A DNA stretch of 64,000 bases from Prorocentrum cordatum (lineage: Eukaryota). The position numbers and the translations under genes were made by a program. The stretch lies in NCBI GenBank assembly GCA_963575745.1, contig CAUYUJ010000192.1, positions 496,001 through 560,000 of the forward strand. Reading direction: 5' to 3'. Positions 10,164 to 22,799 of the stretch are shown here, piece by piece (the first letter of the stretch is position 1; each line of letters begins with the position of its first letter). The notes under the pieces were generated by a model. That model was not told the origin of the DNA. It was given only the letters and a program-made list of their open reading frames with translations, and searched no databases.

Positions 10164-10347
10164 GTCCTCCTCCTCCTCCTCCTCCTCCTGCCCCTCCCCC
10201 TCCCCCACCCCCTCCCCCTCCCCCCCCGTCCTCCTCCTCCTCCTCCTCCTCCTCCTCCTCCTCCCCTCCTCCTCTTCTTTTTCCTCCTCCTCCTCCTCCT
10301 CCTCCGCCTCCTCCTCCTCCTCCTCCTCCTCCTCCTCCTCCTCCTCC
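10164..10347. repeat. (TCC)n tail and/or target microsatellite at the LINE 3' end
   Basis: Starts directly after the 3' UTR; no poly(A). Confidence 0.9.
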
Positions 10348-10484
10348 GCGAGGGCGCGGCGGCGGCGCGGGCGGGCCGGCTGGTACATCGCCACCCCGAA
10401 GGCGCCCTGCAGGTCGGCGGCCTCCGACGGCCCCCGGCGGCGGTCGCCAGCCGCCACCACCACCACCACCACCATCACCACCAA

Positions 10485-10900
10485 AAGCGGAGGAGTAACA
10501 CGCCGACGGGCTGCCAACGGTAGCGTGGAGCTCGCGTCATTCTCTTCTGACCTCTGGGAAACAGGACTCCTGTGCCCACGTCGCACAGACGGAACAGTGC
10601 AGCGCCATCTTGTGCCTGGCGCACCTCCTGCCGCAGACGCAGAGTTTGGCATTGCCCTCTGGACGCTCGACACTGGAATGTCCAAGGACGGCAACTCACG
10701 TCTGCATAGCGGGCACACTAGAACTGGGCCGTCGTGTTCGCAGCCCCAGCCTCTTCCTCCTCCTGCTCCTCCTCCCCAAGCACATATCCCTCCTATGCTA
10801 CATCCCCCTCCTCCTTCGGTGGCAACTCCTGGGAGCCTACCGAATCATCGTGTCGGCTCGTGCAAATCGACGCTCATCGACGCCACATCGACACTGAATC
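10485..10900 (+). repeat. Direct repeat copy 2 (partner 1180-1760), lacking the CCT insert
   Basis: Pairwise comparison by eye. Confidence 0.9.
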
Positions 10901-11001
10901 GGCGCTAATCGACGCCAGCCGAAGCGCTAAATCGGCGCTATCTCATCGACTCCAGACGCTAATCGAAGAGGGTAAACCCCAGGATCCCATGATTTGCCAC
11001 A

Positions 11002-11175
11002 GAGGTTGACCCGTCTGATAAGGACACACGACACAGATGCAATGGCCTCGAAGGCCACATTTCGACACTTTGCGAGCGGGACGCGGCCAGCCAAAGCGGC
11101 GGAGGATGGGCCGAAACGGGAAGGATGCCAGGGTGCCTTTGGAACGTCGCTCATCCTTACTATGCGGGTTGACTG
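11002..11175. mobile_element. Short Tc1/mariner-type non-autonomous element (CAGTCAACCCG TIR family)
   Basis: Right end CATCCTTACTATGCGGGTTGACTG|TA; degenerate left TIR near 11002; same TIR at 45118. Confidence 0.55.
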
Positions 11176-11309
11176 TAGGACCTGTGGCAGGCAGGAGGGA
11201 GAGGAGGAGGAGGAGCAGGGATATTGGACTGCGGCGCTGTTGAAACCAATTGCCTGCCAGCAGAAGCAGGGAGGAGGAATGAGGACAGTGAGGGAGTCTG
11301 CACGCAAGG

Positions 11310-11705
11310 AGACCTCCTCCTCCTCCTCATCATCATCCTCATCCTCCCTCCTCCTCCTCCTCCTCCTCCTCCTCCTCCACATCCTTATCCTCATCCTCCT
11401 TCTCCTCATCATCATCATCCTCATCATCCTCATCATCACCAGCATCAGCATCCTCATCATCCTCATCATCCTCATCATCCTCCTCATCATCATCCTCCTC
11501 CTCCTCCTCATCCTCATCCTCATCCTCATCCTCATCCTCATCAGCACCATCAGCACCATCAGCACCATCAGCACCATCAGCACCATCAGCACCATCACCA
11601 TCACCATCACCATCACCATCACCATCACCATCACCATCACCATCACCATCATCGCACCATCACCATCACCATCACCATCACCATCACCATCACCATCACC
11701 ATCAC

Positions 11706-11740
<35 letters not shown>

Positions 11741-11780
11741 GCAGCATCAGCATCAGCATCAGCATCAGCATCAGCATCAG

Positions 11781-11845
<65 letters not shown>
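11310..11845. repeat. Compound trinucleotide microsatellite (CCT/CAT/CAC/CAG)
   Basis: Read directly. Confidence 0.95.
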
Positions 11846-11846
<1 letters not shown>

Positions 11847-12169
11847 GGGAGGGAGGAAGGAGAAGAGCGAGGGAGTCGGCACACAACGAGCTCCTTGAAG
11901 GACTTCGCAAGATTGTGGGGCCATTGAGCTGGACCGAAAAACCCCAGGAGGCTCCAAGGCTCCAAGAGGCCTCCAAGAGGCGCCCAAGAGGCCCCCAGGA
12001 AGCCCCAAGAGGCCCCCAAGAGGCTTTCCAGAGGCCCCGTAGAGGCTCCCAAAAAGCGCACCCCACCAAAGGCTCCCGCGAGCGCCCCGAAGCTGATCCT
12101 GGATGGACGACTGAATGACGCAAAATCAATTGGGATCAAACGGGTTTGTACGGATTCGGCAGCTTGTAT

Positions 12170-12360
12170 TCGGGAGCGGCCAAGAGGGGGGTGTCCAAGG
12201 GGGGGGTGCAAATCATGACCGGCGGCATGTGCGCGGCCCAGCGGAGGGGGCAGGGACGTAATGAAATAAGAAGAGGCGCCATGAGATCTGGGGAAATATC
12301 ATGGCCCCCGCCATGATATCCCCCCCCCCGAGTCATCACCCCCCTCTTTTCTGGCCCCGA
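12170..12360. mobile_element. MITE family A copy 2, 5-bp TSD TGTAT
   Basis: TGTAT|TCGGGAGCGGCCAAGAGGGG ... CCCCTCTTTTCTGGCCCCGA|TGTAT. Confidence 0.9.
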
Positions 12361-13319
12361 TGTATCTGGTTTAAGACAACGAGTATCTCAGCGCCGGTGC
12401 TGAATTATAACCCCCGGGAATGTGCACCCCACAAGAGAGAATGAGGGTTGTTTCCTGCACAAAATCGCGAAGGCCACCTTCTGCATGGTTTCGGTCTGTG
12501 GACTCTGGAGGGCGTTCCACGGCCCTGGAGAACAGGTGTCGGGTATACTCGAAGCGGGACGCTGGCACTCGAAGAGGTGCTGTGATGCCCAGAGGTCCGC
12601 GCCACGAAAGAGACGCGACCTCGGAGGAGAGGCGAGAAGCAGGAGGAGGAGGAGCAGGAGGAGGCGGAAGGCAATATGCGGGATCCATCCCCAGCACTCA
12701 CCCGCGCGCGCGCGCCGCGCGCCCGGCGGGCTGGCCTCGGCACTGCAGCCGCGGCCGCGGTCGGGGGGCGCGGCAATGACGACTGCAGTGTCTTACCCAT
12801 GCTTGTGGAGACGAACCGGCAAGGATGCCGAGACCATGGGCGCGAACAGACGCGGCCGAAAAACGAGTGGGGTACAACGTCCCGCATGGGATACGGTCTC
12901 GACCCGAGGACATCGTTATCATTGGTACGACAGCCCTCGCGAGAGCGTCCAAGCACGAGCTGCGTAACAGGCAACCACGGTGCGAGAAAGAGCTACGTAA
13001 CAGGCAGCCCAAGGACGACCACCACCATTACGACACCAAGTACGCAACCAAGACCGACACCAGGAACGACACGACCGAGCAACCCGAAGAGGTGACTAAA
13101 TACGTCGTCGTGGAGGTACCCATGGACAACGACCGCGCCGCCGACGACAAGTACGACTACGGCCGCGCCGCTTAACTCAGAGTACGACTACGGCAACTTC
13201 TTCGATAGCAACCTGTACTCCTACGCCCCCAGGGCTACTCTAGCTTCACAACGTGGAACACTACGACTTGGCAGCAGGCAACTCCGATTCGGACCTCGGG
13301 GACTACGAAGAGAGCGTGC

Positions 13320-13975
13320 CCTCTGAGCTACTACGGCCACCAGCTGAGCTACCAGGACCACCAGACGACCATCGGCGACGACACGCTGAACTACGAGGAT
13401 CACACGCACGGCTACGAGAGCCACCTGAAGAGCTTCCAGCCCCACATGCCGAGCAACGAGACCCGCCAGTAGAGCCGCGAGAGCCACCAGCTGAACCGCG
13501 AGAGCTTCAAGCTGTGCTGCGAGAGCCACAAGCCGAGCTATGACTGCGCTGCGAGAGCAACCGGCCGAGCCACGAGAGCCAGAAACTGAGCAACGAGGAC
13601 CGCAGGCTGAGCCACGAATGCCATAAGCGGGACTACAAGAAGTACCAGCTGAACCACGAGGGCTGCCTGCTGCGATACGAGGGCCACCACCTGAGCTACC
13701 AGAGACACCAACTGGGCTACGAGGGCAACAGTCGGAGCTACTACAGCCACCGGCAAAGCTTTTACGGCCACCAGCGGACCTTCTAGGACCACAAGCTCGG
13801 GAGGAGGAGGAGGAGGAGGAGGAGGAGGCCACGACGACCACAGGCACAGCTGCTGCAGTAACCAGGAGGAGGCACCAGGGCCCCCTAGTGGACCTCCGAG
13901 GAGCACACGCTGAGCCACGAGGAGAACAGGCACGAGCTGCGAGGACCGCGAGCGAGCAGAGCTACGAGGACCTCC
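13320..13975 (+). repeat. Degenerate 21-bp tandem repeat (~GCTGAGCTACGAGAGCCACCA; reads as AELREPP heptads)
   Basis: Recurring GAGCYACGAG / GCCACCAGCTGA; interrupted by stops and a GGA run. Confidence 0.65.
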
Positions 13976-14300
13976 CCCAAAATAGGCTCCGAGCAGGTGG
14001 GGTCGCGTGTGCTCTCAGAACCCCAAAGCACGTGCTCGAAAGACCACAGCAGCGCTCCCAGAACACAGAAAAACCCGAGGTGCCCAAACAGGACCGGCCT
14101 CGGCAAAGAAGTGCCCCGAGGACACGTCGCGCAGACCACCAGCGGCTCTCATCGCAGCCTCCCCAGACACGTGACGCCCTGACTTCTTCAGGACGGGGCC
14201 CCTGGAAGCCCCGACCCTCTCCCCTGGACCGGCTCCTCATCCCGAACCGTTTTTTGACGGCCCCGAGGCCCGGCGAGGGCCCCTGGAGGCCGAACCCAGA

Positions 14301-14916
14301 CCCCCGACGTCATGATTTTTTCATGACGTCGACCCCCAGAGGTTTGGACCCATTCCCCAGGACCGGCGTTTCCTCCTGAGTCGTTTTTTGACGGTCCCGA
14401 GGCCCGGTAGGGGCCCCCGGGCCCCCGGAGGCCGAAAATATAAAAAAAACTTCCGTCGTGATTTTTTCATGGCTCGAGGGGGTCTGGGGTGGCGAAAAAC
14501 CTCCCGTCCTGATTTCTGTTACGACGCGAACATGTCCAGGTCCGGTGGGCCCGCAGGCAGGCCGAGCCTTCCTCGCCGCTGCTCGATCCGCGCCCTCGGC
14601 ATGCCGCGCCCCAAGGCCCGGCCTGCACGCCGCCAGGATCCGGCGGCCGCCCGGCCGGCACCCGCCCCGAGGGGCCGGGCACCGGGCGGAGGCGTCGGCC
14701 GGAGGGGCCCTCGACCCCCGGGCATCCTGCCGCCGAGGAGCACCCCCAGACCCCCTCGAGCCTAAACAAAAAATCACGGCGGGAGGTTTTTCCAGATCTT
14801 CGGCCTCTCGGGGCCCCTGCCGGGCCTCGGGACCGCCAAAAAACGAGTCAGGAGGAAACACCGGTCCTGGGGAGTGGGTCCAAACCTCTGGGGGTCGACG
14901 TATCATGACGTCGGGG
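14301..14916. mobile_element. Foldback/MITE with ~190-bp inverted arms
   Basis: 14301-14492 is an imperfect reverse complement of 14741-14916 (e.g. GACCCCCAGAGGTTTGGACCCA / TGGGTCCAAACCTCTGGGGGTC). Confidence 0.8.
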
Positions 14917-15243
14917 AACTGGGACGGCGGAAGGTCCGCGCGGCCATGGTCTCGGCCTCGGTGGTCACGAGACAGACTCGGGGCGAGAGGCTGGCTCCGC
15001 GGGAGCGGGAGGACCAGAAGATGCCGAGAGCGCCACTCTTTGGAGCTCTCCCGGGGCCCGTTCTGACCAGAGTTCTGGTGCGAATCCGGCGGCGGCAACG
15101 CGGGCCCATCGGGAGGCCCAAAAAAGCAGAAACGAGGCAGGGGTAGCGGGTACCTTTTCCGCCTCTGAGGGAAGGGGTCCAGAACTCTGAGCAGCCAGAC
15201 AGTGAAAAAACAAAAAACGGCATCGGATGTCTGGGATGGTTCA

Positions 15244-15412
15244 TTTGGACGCCCAAAATGGCTACGGGAAAACATGGGTAATCTGTCCAACAAGAAGGGC
15301 TGTCTAGAGCCGAGCGCGGCGGCTGTTGGGCAGGCGACCTTCTGCCTCGATCGAGCGGGCAACGTTCGCAGCGACACTGACAGCGAGTCCGGTCAAGAAT
15401 GAGCAGGGAACT
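15244..15412. mobile_element. MITE family C, truncated diverged copy
   Basis: Begins TTTGGACGCCCAAAATGG; internal similarity to 56416-56609. Confidence 0.7.
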
Positions 15413-16235
15413 CAGTCAGTCGTTGTACCCCCCTTGGCGGCGTGCACACGGGGGCAGGGGAGGGGGGGAAGGCTTCTTAGAAGGACGCTGCGTCTTAGAA
15501 GGCGCTGGCCCTACATCTACAGACAAGGCCCACGCCTTCTGAGAAGCAGGGGTGATTCTAGGAAGCCTTCCCCCCGTCCCCTACCCCCCTCTGCGCGCCG
15601 CCGACCCATCACTTCGAGCCCACTTCGATCGTACCGATTCCATTGCTATCCTCCTGCCGCTCCTCGTGCACCTGGGCGCATCTCTGGGGCCACGAGGGAG
15701 CGGATCCCCTTGCCTTTCGCGCTCCGCGTGATAGCAACTTGACTACTACACACCAGGCGCCGCGGCAGGCTGCAGGGCGGTCTAGAACGCCCTGGGAGCG
15801 ACTCAATCTCGCAGCTGGGGAAACCGATATATTGCCACTCCCCAGACCGCTCCCGAGGTCCCGTTCTGACAAGACTATCGAGGGGAATCCAGCAGTGGCG
15901 ACGAGGGCCTCGAGGAAAGAAGGAGCGGCACGAAGAGGCCCCACGTGGCGAAGACGAGTGGAAGGGAGCGGCACGTAAGAATCCGAACTCTATACACCGA
16001 CGCCTTTTTCGGGCCCCGCACTGACTCTTGTACAGGAAAGCGGATCCTGGTGTACGCGGGATCCTGCTGTATGCATTGTTCACTGCTTCCCCAGGACAAC
16101 GGGCACCACCCCGACGTCGTCCCCGACCCTCCAAAACTCCTGGGATTGAAGATCAACCCGCCACTGGTGATGTACATGTTCCGATTTCCGAGTATGGGTG
16201 CCACTTCCTCCCCTGAAAATTTCGGGCGCAACCTA

Positions 16236-16569
16236 ACCGACCCCTAGCAAACCATCCCCTTCCGTGACGCCTCCCTCGCCTCTCGATCTTCGCTCCGCCC
16301 GCATACATTCGGCGGCGGTCGAGAGGGGGAAATGAGAAGGAGAAGGCCTTCTCAGAAGGCGGCGGGGCTTCTCAAAGACCCTCGCGCCTTCTGAAACTTT
16401 TTTCTGTCTTCGGGGATGGCTGAGAAAACTTCTCAGAAGGCCGGGGGGCTTCCAAACCGTCTGAGAGGGCATTATCCTTTTCACTTCCCCCTCGCTCGCC
16501 GCCGATACTTACACCTTGAGGCGAGGCGAGGGGGACGTCACGGAAGGGGATGGTATGCTATGGGTCGGT
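16236..16569. mobile_element. MITE with ~50-bp TIR, probable TA target
   Basis: TA|ACCGACCCCTAGCAAACCATCCCCTTCCGTGACG ... CGTCACGGAAGGGGATGGTATGCTATGGGTCGGT|TA. Confidence 0.75.
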
Positions 16570-16899
16570 TAGGCCTCCCCTGAACACCGGGCCCATTTCG
16601 ACCATCCCGAGTCTCGGATGGCCCACCCCGACGTCGTCCGCCACCCTCCGAAAGTCCTGAGATTGAAAATCAGCCCGCCACTGGTGATGTTCAGTGGAGG
16701 CACGACCACAAGAAACCTTCCACAGGAAACCAGACCCTGAGACCCCAGGACGTCCATCGATTTGTGGTGTGGGAAGGTCACGCTTCCCATGGCAAAATCG
16801 TCGGCACCCACCAAACCCACGGCATCCTGGAGGCAGACAGGGTGTTTCTTGGCATGGTGAGCTTTTTTTTGGTTCGGCGCTTCGACATGGGGCGGAAGA

Positions 16900-17340
16900 G
16901 GGGGGAACGGGGGGGGATCTGACTCCGGCCCTCTGCTTAGTGCGACTGTTTGGAACCGTGCGTCCTGTGGGGGAGGCTCCACCTGCTCGAAACAGGCGCC
17001 CCCAAAACAGCCAATAGCTGCTCCACGGCGGGGGGGGAGGGGGGGGGTGGTCCGAGGGCCCGCGCCGATCGGCGCAAGAATGGTTCCAAAAACGATCACC
17101 GTGGATCTCCAGTGCATGTGTTTTTGGAGTCCCGAGACGGTGCGGTGACAGACCGCGCGGTGGCCTCGGAATCTCCCAAGACCTCACCGAGCGGTCCGTC
17201 AGCGCACGGCCTCGGGATCCCGAGGGCCCCTGTCGCCCGAGACATCCTCGGAGAACGACCCGAGCCCCAAAAAACCGTGCGGTGACCCCGAATCCCCACC
17301 GACTCACCGCACGGTGTGGTCACCACCCCGTTTGTGGGCC
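16900..17340 (+). repeat. Dispersed repeat family (other copies ~17970-18180 and ~61000-61520)
   Basis: Shared GGAACCGTGCGT...GGGGGAG...CCACCTGCTCGAA...GCGCC core. Confidence 0.75.
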
Positions 17341-18909
17341 CCCGAGTGTTCCGGGTTCGGCTGCACGCAGGAGTGACCCTGGGCAGGCGCGACCCTCGGT
17401 GCGCGGCTTCTGGAGGGCCGCGGGGAGGCCGAACACGAGCGAGGAAGTCGCTGCTGTCGCACCGCACGCGACGGTCGGGGGGCCCCACTGGGCCGCGCAC
17501 AAAAGGTCACTCCGGCGAAGGGCCACTCCGGCGAAAAGTGGTCAGCGGGTGGGCGCCACTGTTCCTCCCCGCGCTCGCCATCGCTCGGACGTCCATTCCC
17601 TGTGTTTTTGTTTCGGTTTCGTGCGTGGCTCTTTCGCCAGATGATCGAGGATGCTCCTCGATGGTCCTCGCCGAAGGAAAAATGTACACGCCCGAGCGAT
17701 GCCAAGCGCAGGCACCGGGGTCCGACTCGATCCCGCCCCGCGTCGCGCGGTGGCCCCCGCTGGCGGGTGCCACGGGCTCGGCCCGCCTGCCCGGCCCCGC
17801 GGGCCCTGCGCGGGAGCGCCCGCGCGGCAGCGGCGGCCACGGGGGGGGCTCTCTCGGGCGCTCTCGCGCGGCTGCCGCGCGCCGCGCGGCGCGCCCCGCA
17901 GTCTCGTTTTGGACGCCCGAGCTGGACGAGTGGACGTTTTCTCATTCGGCGTCTCGACGTTGGGCGGAAAAGCGGGGGGTCTGGCTCTGGTTGGAACCGT
18001 GGACGTTGCTCAGCGCGGCTGCTTGGAACCGTGCGTGCTCTGGGGGAGACCCCACCTGCTCGAAACAGGCGCCCAAGACAGCCAAGATCTACTCCATGGA
18101 GGGGGGAGGGGGGGGGGTGCGAGAGCCTGCGCCGATCGGCAAAGCAACGATTTTTTGGTAACAAAAAAACATCACAGAGGAAGACGTGGGCACAATGCCG
18201 AACAACAGATGTTTGTGCAGAACCTGCAGCGGCCACCCCTGCGCAAACGGCCTGGTACCTCCAAAGAACAGCGCCCGCGGCGGCGCGGACAGCGAAGCCT
18301 ATGCAGAAGGGACAGAAACTGCTGTTGGGCATTCCACCGATTCTTCCCGTGCCCGCTTGGACGAAGGCGCCCTGGGACACACAAAGGTTTAGATACAAAT
18401 AACATGATTCCCCAGATTTTCCCATATTTCAGGGTTGTTGTCTTCCCCCCCACTTTCCATATTTTCCCATATTTTCTGTGGAATCGACGATTGATTGTGT
18501 CTGTGTTTTTTCCCTTGTGATTGGATGGTCACGACTCACGGGGGTGACGCATCCGCCCCTGCCCCTGACTTCGTGGCGTTGGCGAGCGGGCCCAAAAAAG
18601 TTGGGCCAAGCTCGGGGATTTGCGTTGGGGCGAAGCTCTCTTTCGATGATGGGGTGCGTCCGAGCGGCCCCACGATGGACGATGGGGTGCCCCAGAGCTC
18701 CCCTGGGACGTACAGAGACATACTAATACTACATGTCCTCCTTGGAGGCGCGCGTCTGACCCGAGCATATAGTATACCCATGAGACCGGAGAAAAACCCC
18801 AATACGAGTCTTTTTCCCCACATCCTGAGTGGGGTTCTTGTTTTCCCAGAACACCCTCTCCTTCTCCTCCTCCTCCTCCTCCTCCTCCTCCTCCCGCGTC
18901 CATCTCCTA

Positions 18910-19260
18910 AACCATACCATACGGTACCATTCCGCACATCACCATACCATACCAAGCCATACCATACCAATACCATACCATACCAATACCATACCAAGCC
19001 ATACCAAGCCATAACATACCAATACCATACCATACCAATACCATACCATACCAAGCCCTACCATACCAATACCATACCATACCAATACCATACCAAACCA
19101 TACCAAGCCATACCCTACCAATACAATACCATACCAATACCATACCAAAACCATACCATACCAAAACCATACCAATACCATGCAACACCTGTTATTTATC
19201 AGGTTTCGTGTCAGCTCCCTCCCACCATACCAATACCTTACCAATACCATACCAATACCA
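18910..19260. repeat. (TACCA)n pentanucleotide microsatellite
   Basis: Read directly. Confidence 0.95.
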
Positions 19261-20160
19261 TGCGCCCCTCCCACCCCTCCAGGGAGGCCCCGCCGGAGCG
19301 AGGACGCTATTCGAAAACAGTGTTATTTATTTATCAGGTGTCGTGCCACTCCCACCCCTCCAGGGAAGCCCCGCCTGAGCGAGGACGCTATTCGAAAACA
19401 GTGTTATTTATCAGGTTTCGTGCCACTCCCACCCCTCCAGGGAGGCCCCGCCTGAGCGAGGACGCTATTCGAATACAGTGTTATTTATCAGGTTTCGTGC
19501 CCCTCCCACCCCTCCATGGACGCCCCGCCTGAGCGAGGCCGCTATTCGAAAACAGTGTCATTTATCAGGTTTCGTGCCACTCCCACCCCTCCAAGGAGGC
19601 CCCGCCTGAGCGAGGACGCTATTCGAAAACAGCGTTATTCATCAGGTTTCGTGCCCCTCCCACCCCTCCAGGGAGGCCCCGCCTGAGCGAAGACGCTTTT
19701 CGAAAGCAGTGCTATTTATCAGGTTTCGTGCCCCTCCCACCCCTCCAGGGAGGCCCCGCCTGAGCGAGGCCGCTATTCGAAAACAGTGTCATTTATCAGG
19801 TTTCGTGCCACTCCCACCCCTCCAAGGAGGCCCCGCCTGAGCGAGGACGCTATTCGAAAACAGTGTTATTTATCAGGTTTCGTGCCCCTCCCACCCCTCC
19901 AGGGAGGCCCCGCCTGAGCGAGGCCGCTATTCGAAAACATTATTATGTATCAGGTTTCGTGCCCCTCCCACCCTCCAGGGAGGCCCCGCCTGAGCGAGGA
20001 CACTATTCGAAAACAGTGTTATTTATCAGGTTTCGTGCCCCTCCCACCCCTCCAGGGAGGCCCCGCCTGAGCGAGGAGGGTATTCGCGAACAGTGTTATT
20101 TATCAGGTTTTGTGCCCCTACCACCCCTCCAGGGAGGCCCCGCCTGAGCGAGGGTATTCG
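19260..20160. repeat. Tandem satellite, 77-bp unit (GTGTTATTTATCAGGTTTCGTGCCCCTCCCACCCCTCCAGGGAGGCCCCGCCTGAGCGAGGACGCTATTCGAAAACA), ~12 copies
   Basis: Unit spacing e.g. 19401 to 19478. Confidence 0.95.
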
Positions 20161-22799
20161 CAAACCGTGTGATAGAAAAGGATGGAGAGGGCGACGGCAG
20201 GTCGGCAATTTCATGACAAAATGATCCTTGATTCCGCTATCCCAATAACATCAATTTATGTGGGGAACTCCGTTATCATAATTTGATATTACAAGAGATC
20301 CCTGTATAATTTCCCCTTCCTTGTTCCGCGGGGGCCAGCAATCCGCGGGGGCCAGCGCGTCTTCCCCCCTCTCCCTATCCTGCCAAAGTGCAATGTTGGC
20401 ATTGCGGGCAGCAGGGCCGGACCATGCCCTCAGCTTGGCACAGCGGGGGGGGGGCCAGGCCGGCGCGCCATCGACAATGTGATCTTATCGTCAATAGGGC
20501 GTGCCTTCCGCTCTGCACAACGGGGGGGGGAGGGGGGAAGGCGGGGGCAGTTTCGACAACGTGACATTCATGTCAACACCTCACATATACAGGCGAAAAT
20601 GTGCCCCAACTTCTGGACGGCACTTGCTTTGCCAGTGGGCGGCCCGTCATTCCCGATGGGAACTCTGACGCGCAATAACGTGGCGCACATAGATTGCACC
20701 ACGTCGGTAACACCACATAAACGGCACCACATAGGCTGCACTATATTGATTGCGCCACAGAAATTGCCACGACAAGCATTTGGGTGGTCCACGCTGGCAA
20801 ACGTTCACACTCGCGTGCGCCGCATTCACGCGTGGTCGTTTTGTACGCGCGCCCCGGCGCGTCCCTTTGGTCCGCCCAGTCTATGGTCCAGTGAGTAATA
20901 CCTCGGCAGAAGCTCGGCAAGGCCCCGGCAAGGTCGGGCCAGACATGCCGGACCCCCGGCACAACCCCGAAATCAACCCGGGCGCGGCCTGGCAAACGAC
21001 GAACGCAGCCTTTGGCACGAGCGGGGGGCCTCGCACAGTGCGAACGACAATCTTCGGCACGAGCGGGGGGCCCGGCAAACTGCGAACGGAGTCTTCGGCA
21101 CGAGAGGGGGCCGAACAAACTGCGAACGCGGCCTTCTCGCATTTCCGGCTTGCCGACGCTCCAAAACGGCCCGAGAGGCCCCGCCCCGCCCCCCAAGACC
21201 GCCCCAAGACGGCCCAGGAGGCCCCCAAGAGCGCCCCAGAACGGCCCAAGAGGGTTCCACGACGGCCATAGAGGCGCCCGAGACGGCCCCGAGAGTAGCC
21301 CCAGAGAGGGGGCGCGAACAGGAAAATCCGAGCCCTCCGCTTCGAAAGTCCCCAAGAGGCCCCAAGAGGCCCCGAAGGGACCCCCGAGAAGCCCCGGGAA
21401 ACGCCCAAGATGCCCCATGAGGCGCCCAAGAAGCCCCCGAGAGGCCCAAAGAAGGCCCAATAAGCCCCCATGAGGATTCGAAGCTGCCTCCAATACGCTG
21501 CCGAAAGGCCAACTAAGAGACCCCCAACGAAAGTCCCAAAGGTTCTTGCCCAAGACCCAGGCACGGCGGCGGTTGGGCCGAAGGCCTTGCCATTTTTTCA
21601 AGCGCGCTAACGGTCGCGCAGCGTCAGTCCAGCGTCTGCGCGCGCAGCGCAATGGGCTCCAGCGACATCGCTTAGAAGCAGCACTGCAGAGTCATTTGTG
21701 CATGCGCGGCAAGTTTTGCGAGTTCATGGTAATGATCGGCGCGGCCGTCTGCGCTATCGAACGCGACCGACGACGCCACCTCTTTGTGACATCAGGCTCT
21801 AAGCACCGACGTCACGTCCGCGCGGATCTGCTCGTAGCTGTCGCAGATGGGCCCCGGCGCCCATCGGCACGTAGCGGCGCATGTTTCGCCGTCTTGGAAC
21901 CCGAAGTCATTGGTTCTAGCCGTGCCGTGACCGCATGCTAAATTGGCTTTGTCCACGTTTACATGGAACCTTCTCGACGCCAACTGCTCCAGCGACTCGC
22001 GTTCGTCCGTGGAATGCGAATCCCATTCTCTTTTTATGTTATCCGCCAACTCCTCGCGGGTCTCTAGGCGCGTGACATGTTCCCCCCCCGCAAGCCCCCC
22101 CCCCATCCGGGGACCCCGCGCCGGCATTTCGACCCCCCCCCTCCCCCTGGGCCCCGGGTGGCGCCCGCCCGAACTCCTTCGGGGGGGTCTGGGCCCCCCG
22201 GGCTCGCTCTCGAGCTCCAAGACGGGCCGTCAGCCCTCCCAAAGACGCCCCCAAGACCATCCAAGAGGCCTCCAGGACGACTCACGATGCCGCCCAGACG
22301 CCCCAAGCCGCCTCAAAGGGGCCCCAAGGGGCCTCCATGACGGCCCGAAAGACCTCCAATAAACCCCAAGAGAACTCAGAGAAACCTCCAAAGAGGGCCC
22401 CAAGAGGCCACATTCAATGAATGTCAGCTTGCTCTGGATATGTTTGGCGTTCTCGCCTTTTCGGCTCCCCGACGCTCCAAGACCGCCCCAGAGGCCCCCG
22501 AGCGCGACGCCCCCGCGACGGCCAAAGCGGGCCCCCGGGCGGCGCAAGATCCGCCCAAGACGGTCCAACATGCCGCCGAGACGGGCCCGAGAGGGGCCCC
22601 AGAGGGGGGCGGCGAACCGAGAAATCCAGCCTCCCGCCCCGAGAAGCCTCCAAGAGGTCCCACGACGCCCGGCCGCGGCCCCAAAAAATCATCCAATGGG
22701 CCCCCAAGACGCCCCTGGAGGCTGCAAAAAAGCTCAAAGGAGGCCCCAAGAGGCCCCTGAACGGCCTCCAGTGCGCAAACATCATTGAGTTTCAATGGT

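Noticed and set aside
3430..10270. Defined target-site duplication for the LINE
   Set aside because: Both flanks are CCT repeats, so any match is uninformative
19300..19330. tRNA-like B-box (TATTCGAAA) in the 77-bp satellite
   Set aside because: No cloverleaf or A-box could be built
21583..21602. Relic spliced leader (CCTTGCCATTTTTTCAAG)
   Set aside because: Needs several indels and mismatches and sits at the edge of a repeat block; could be chance
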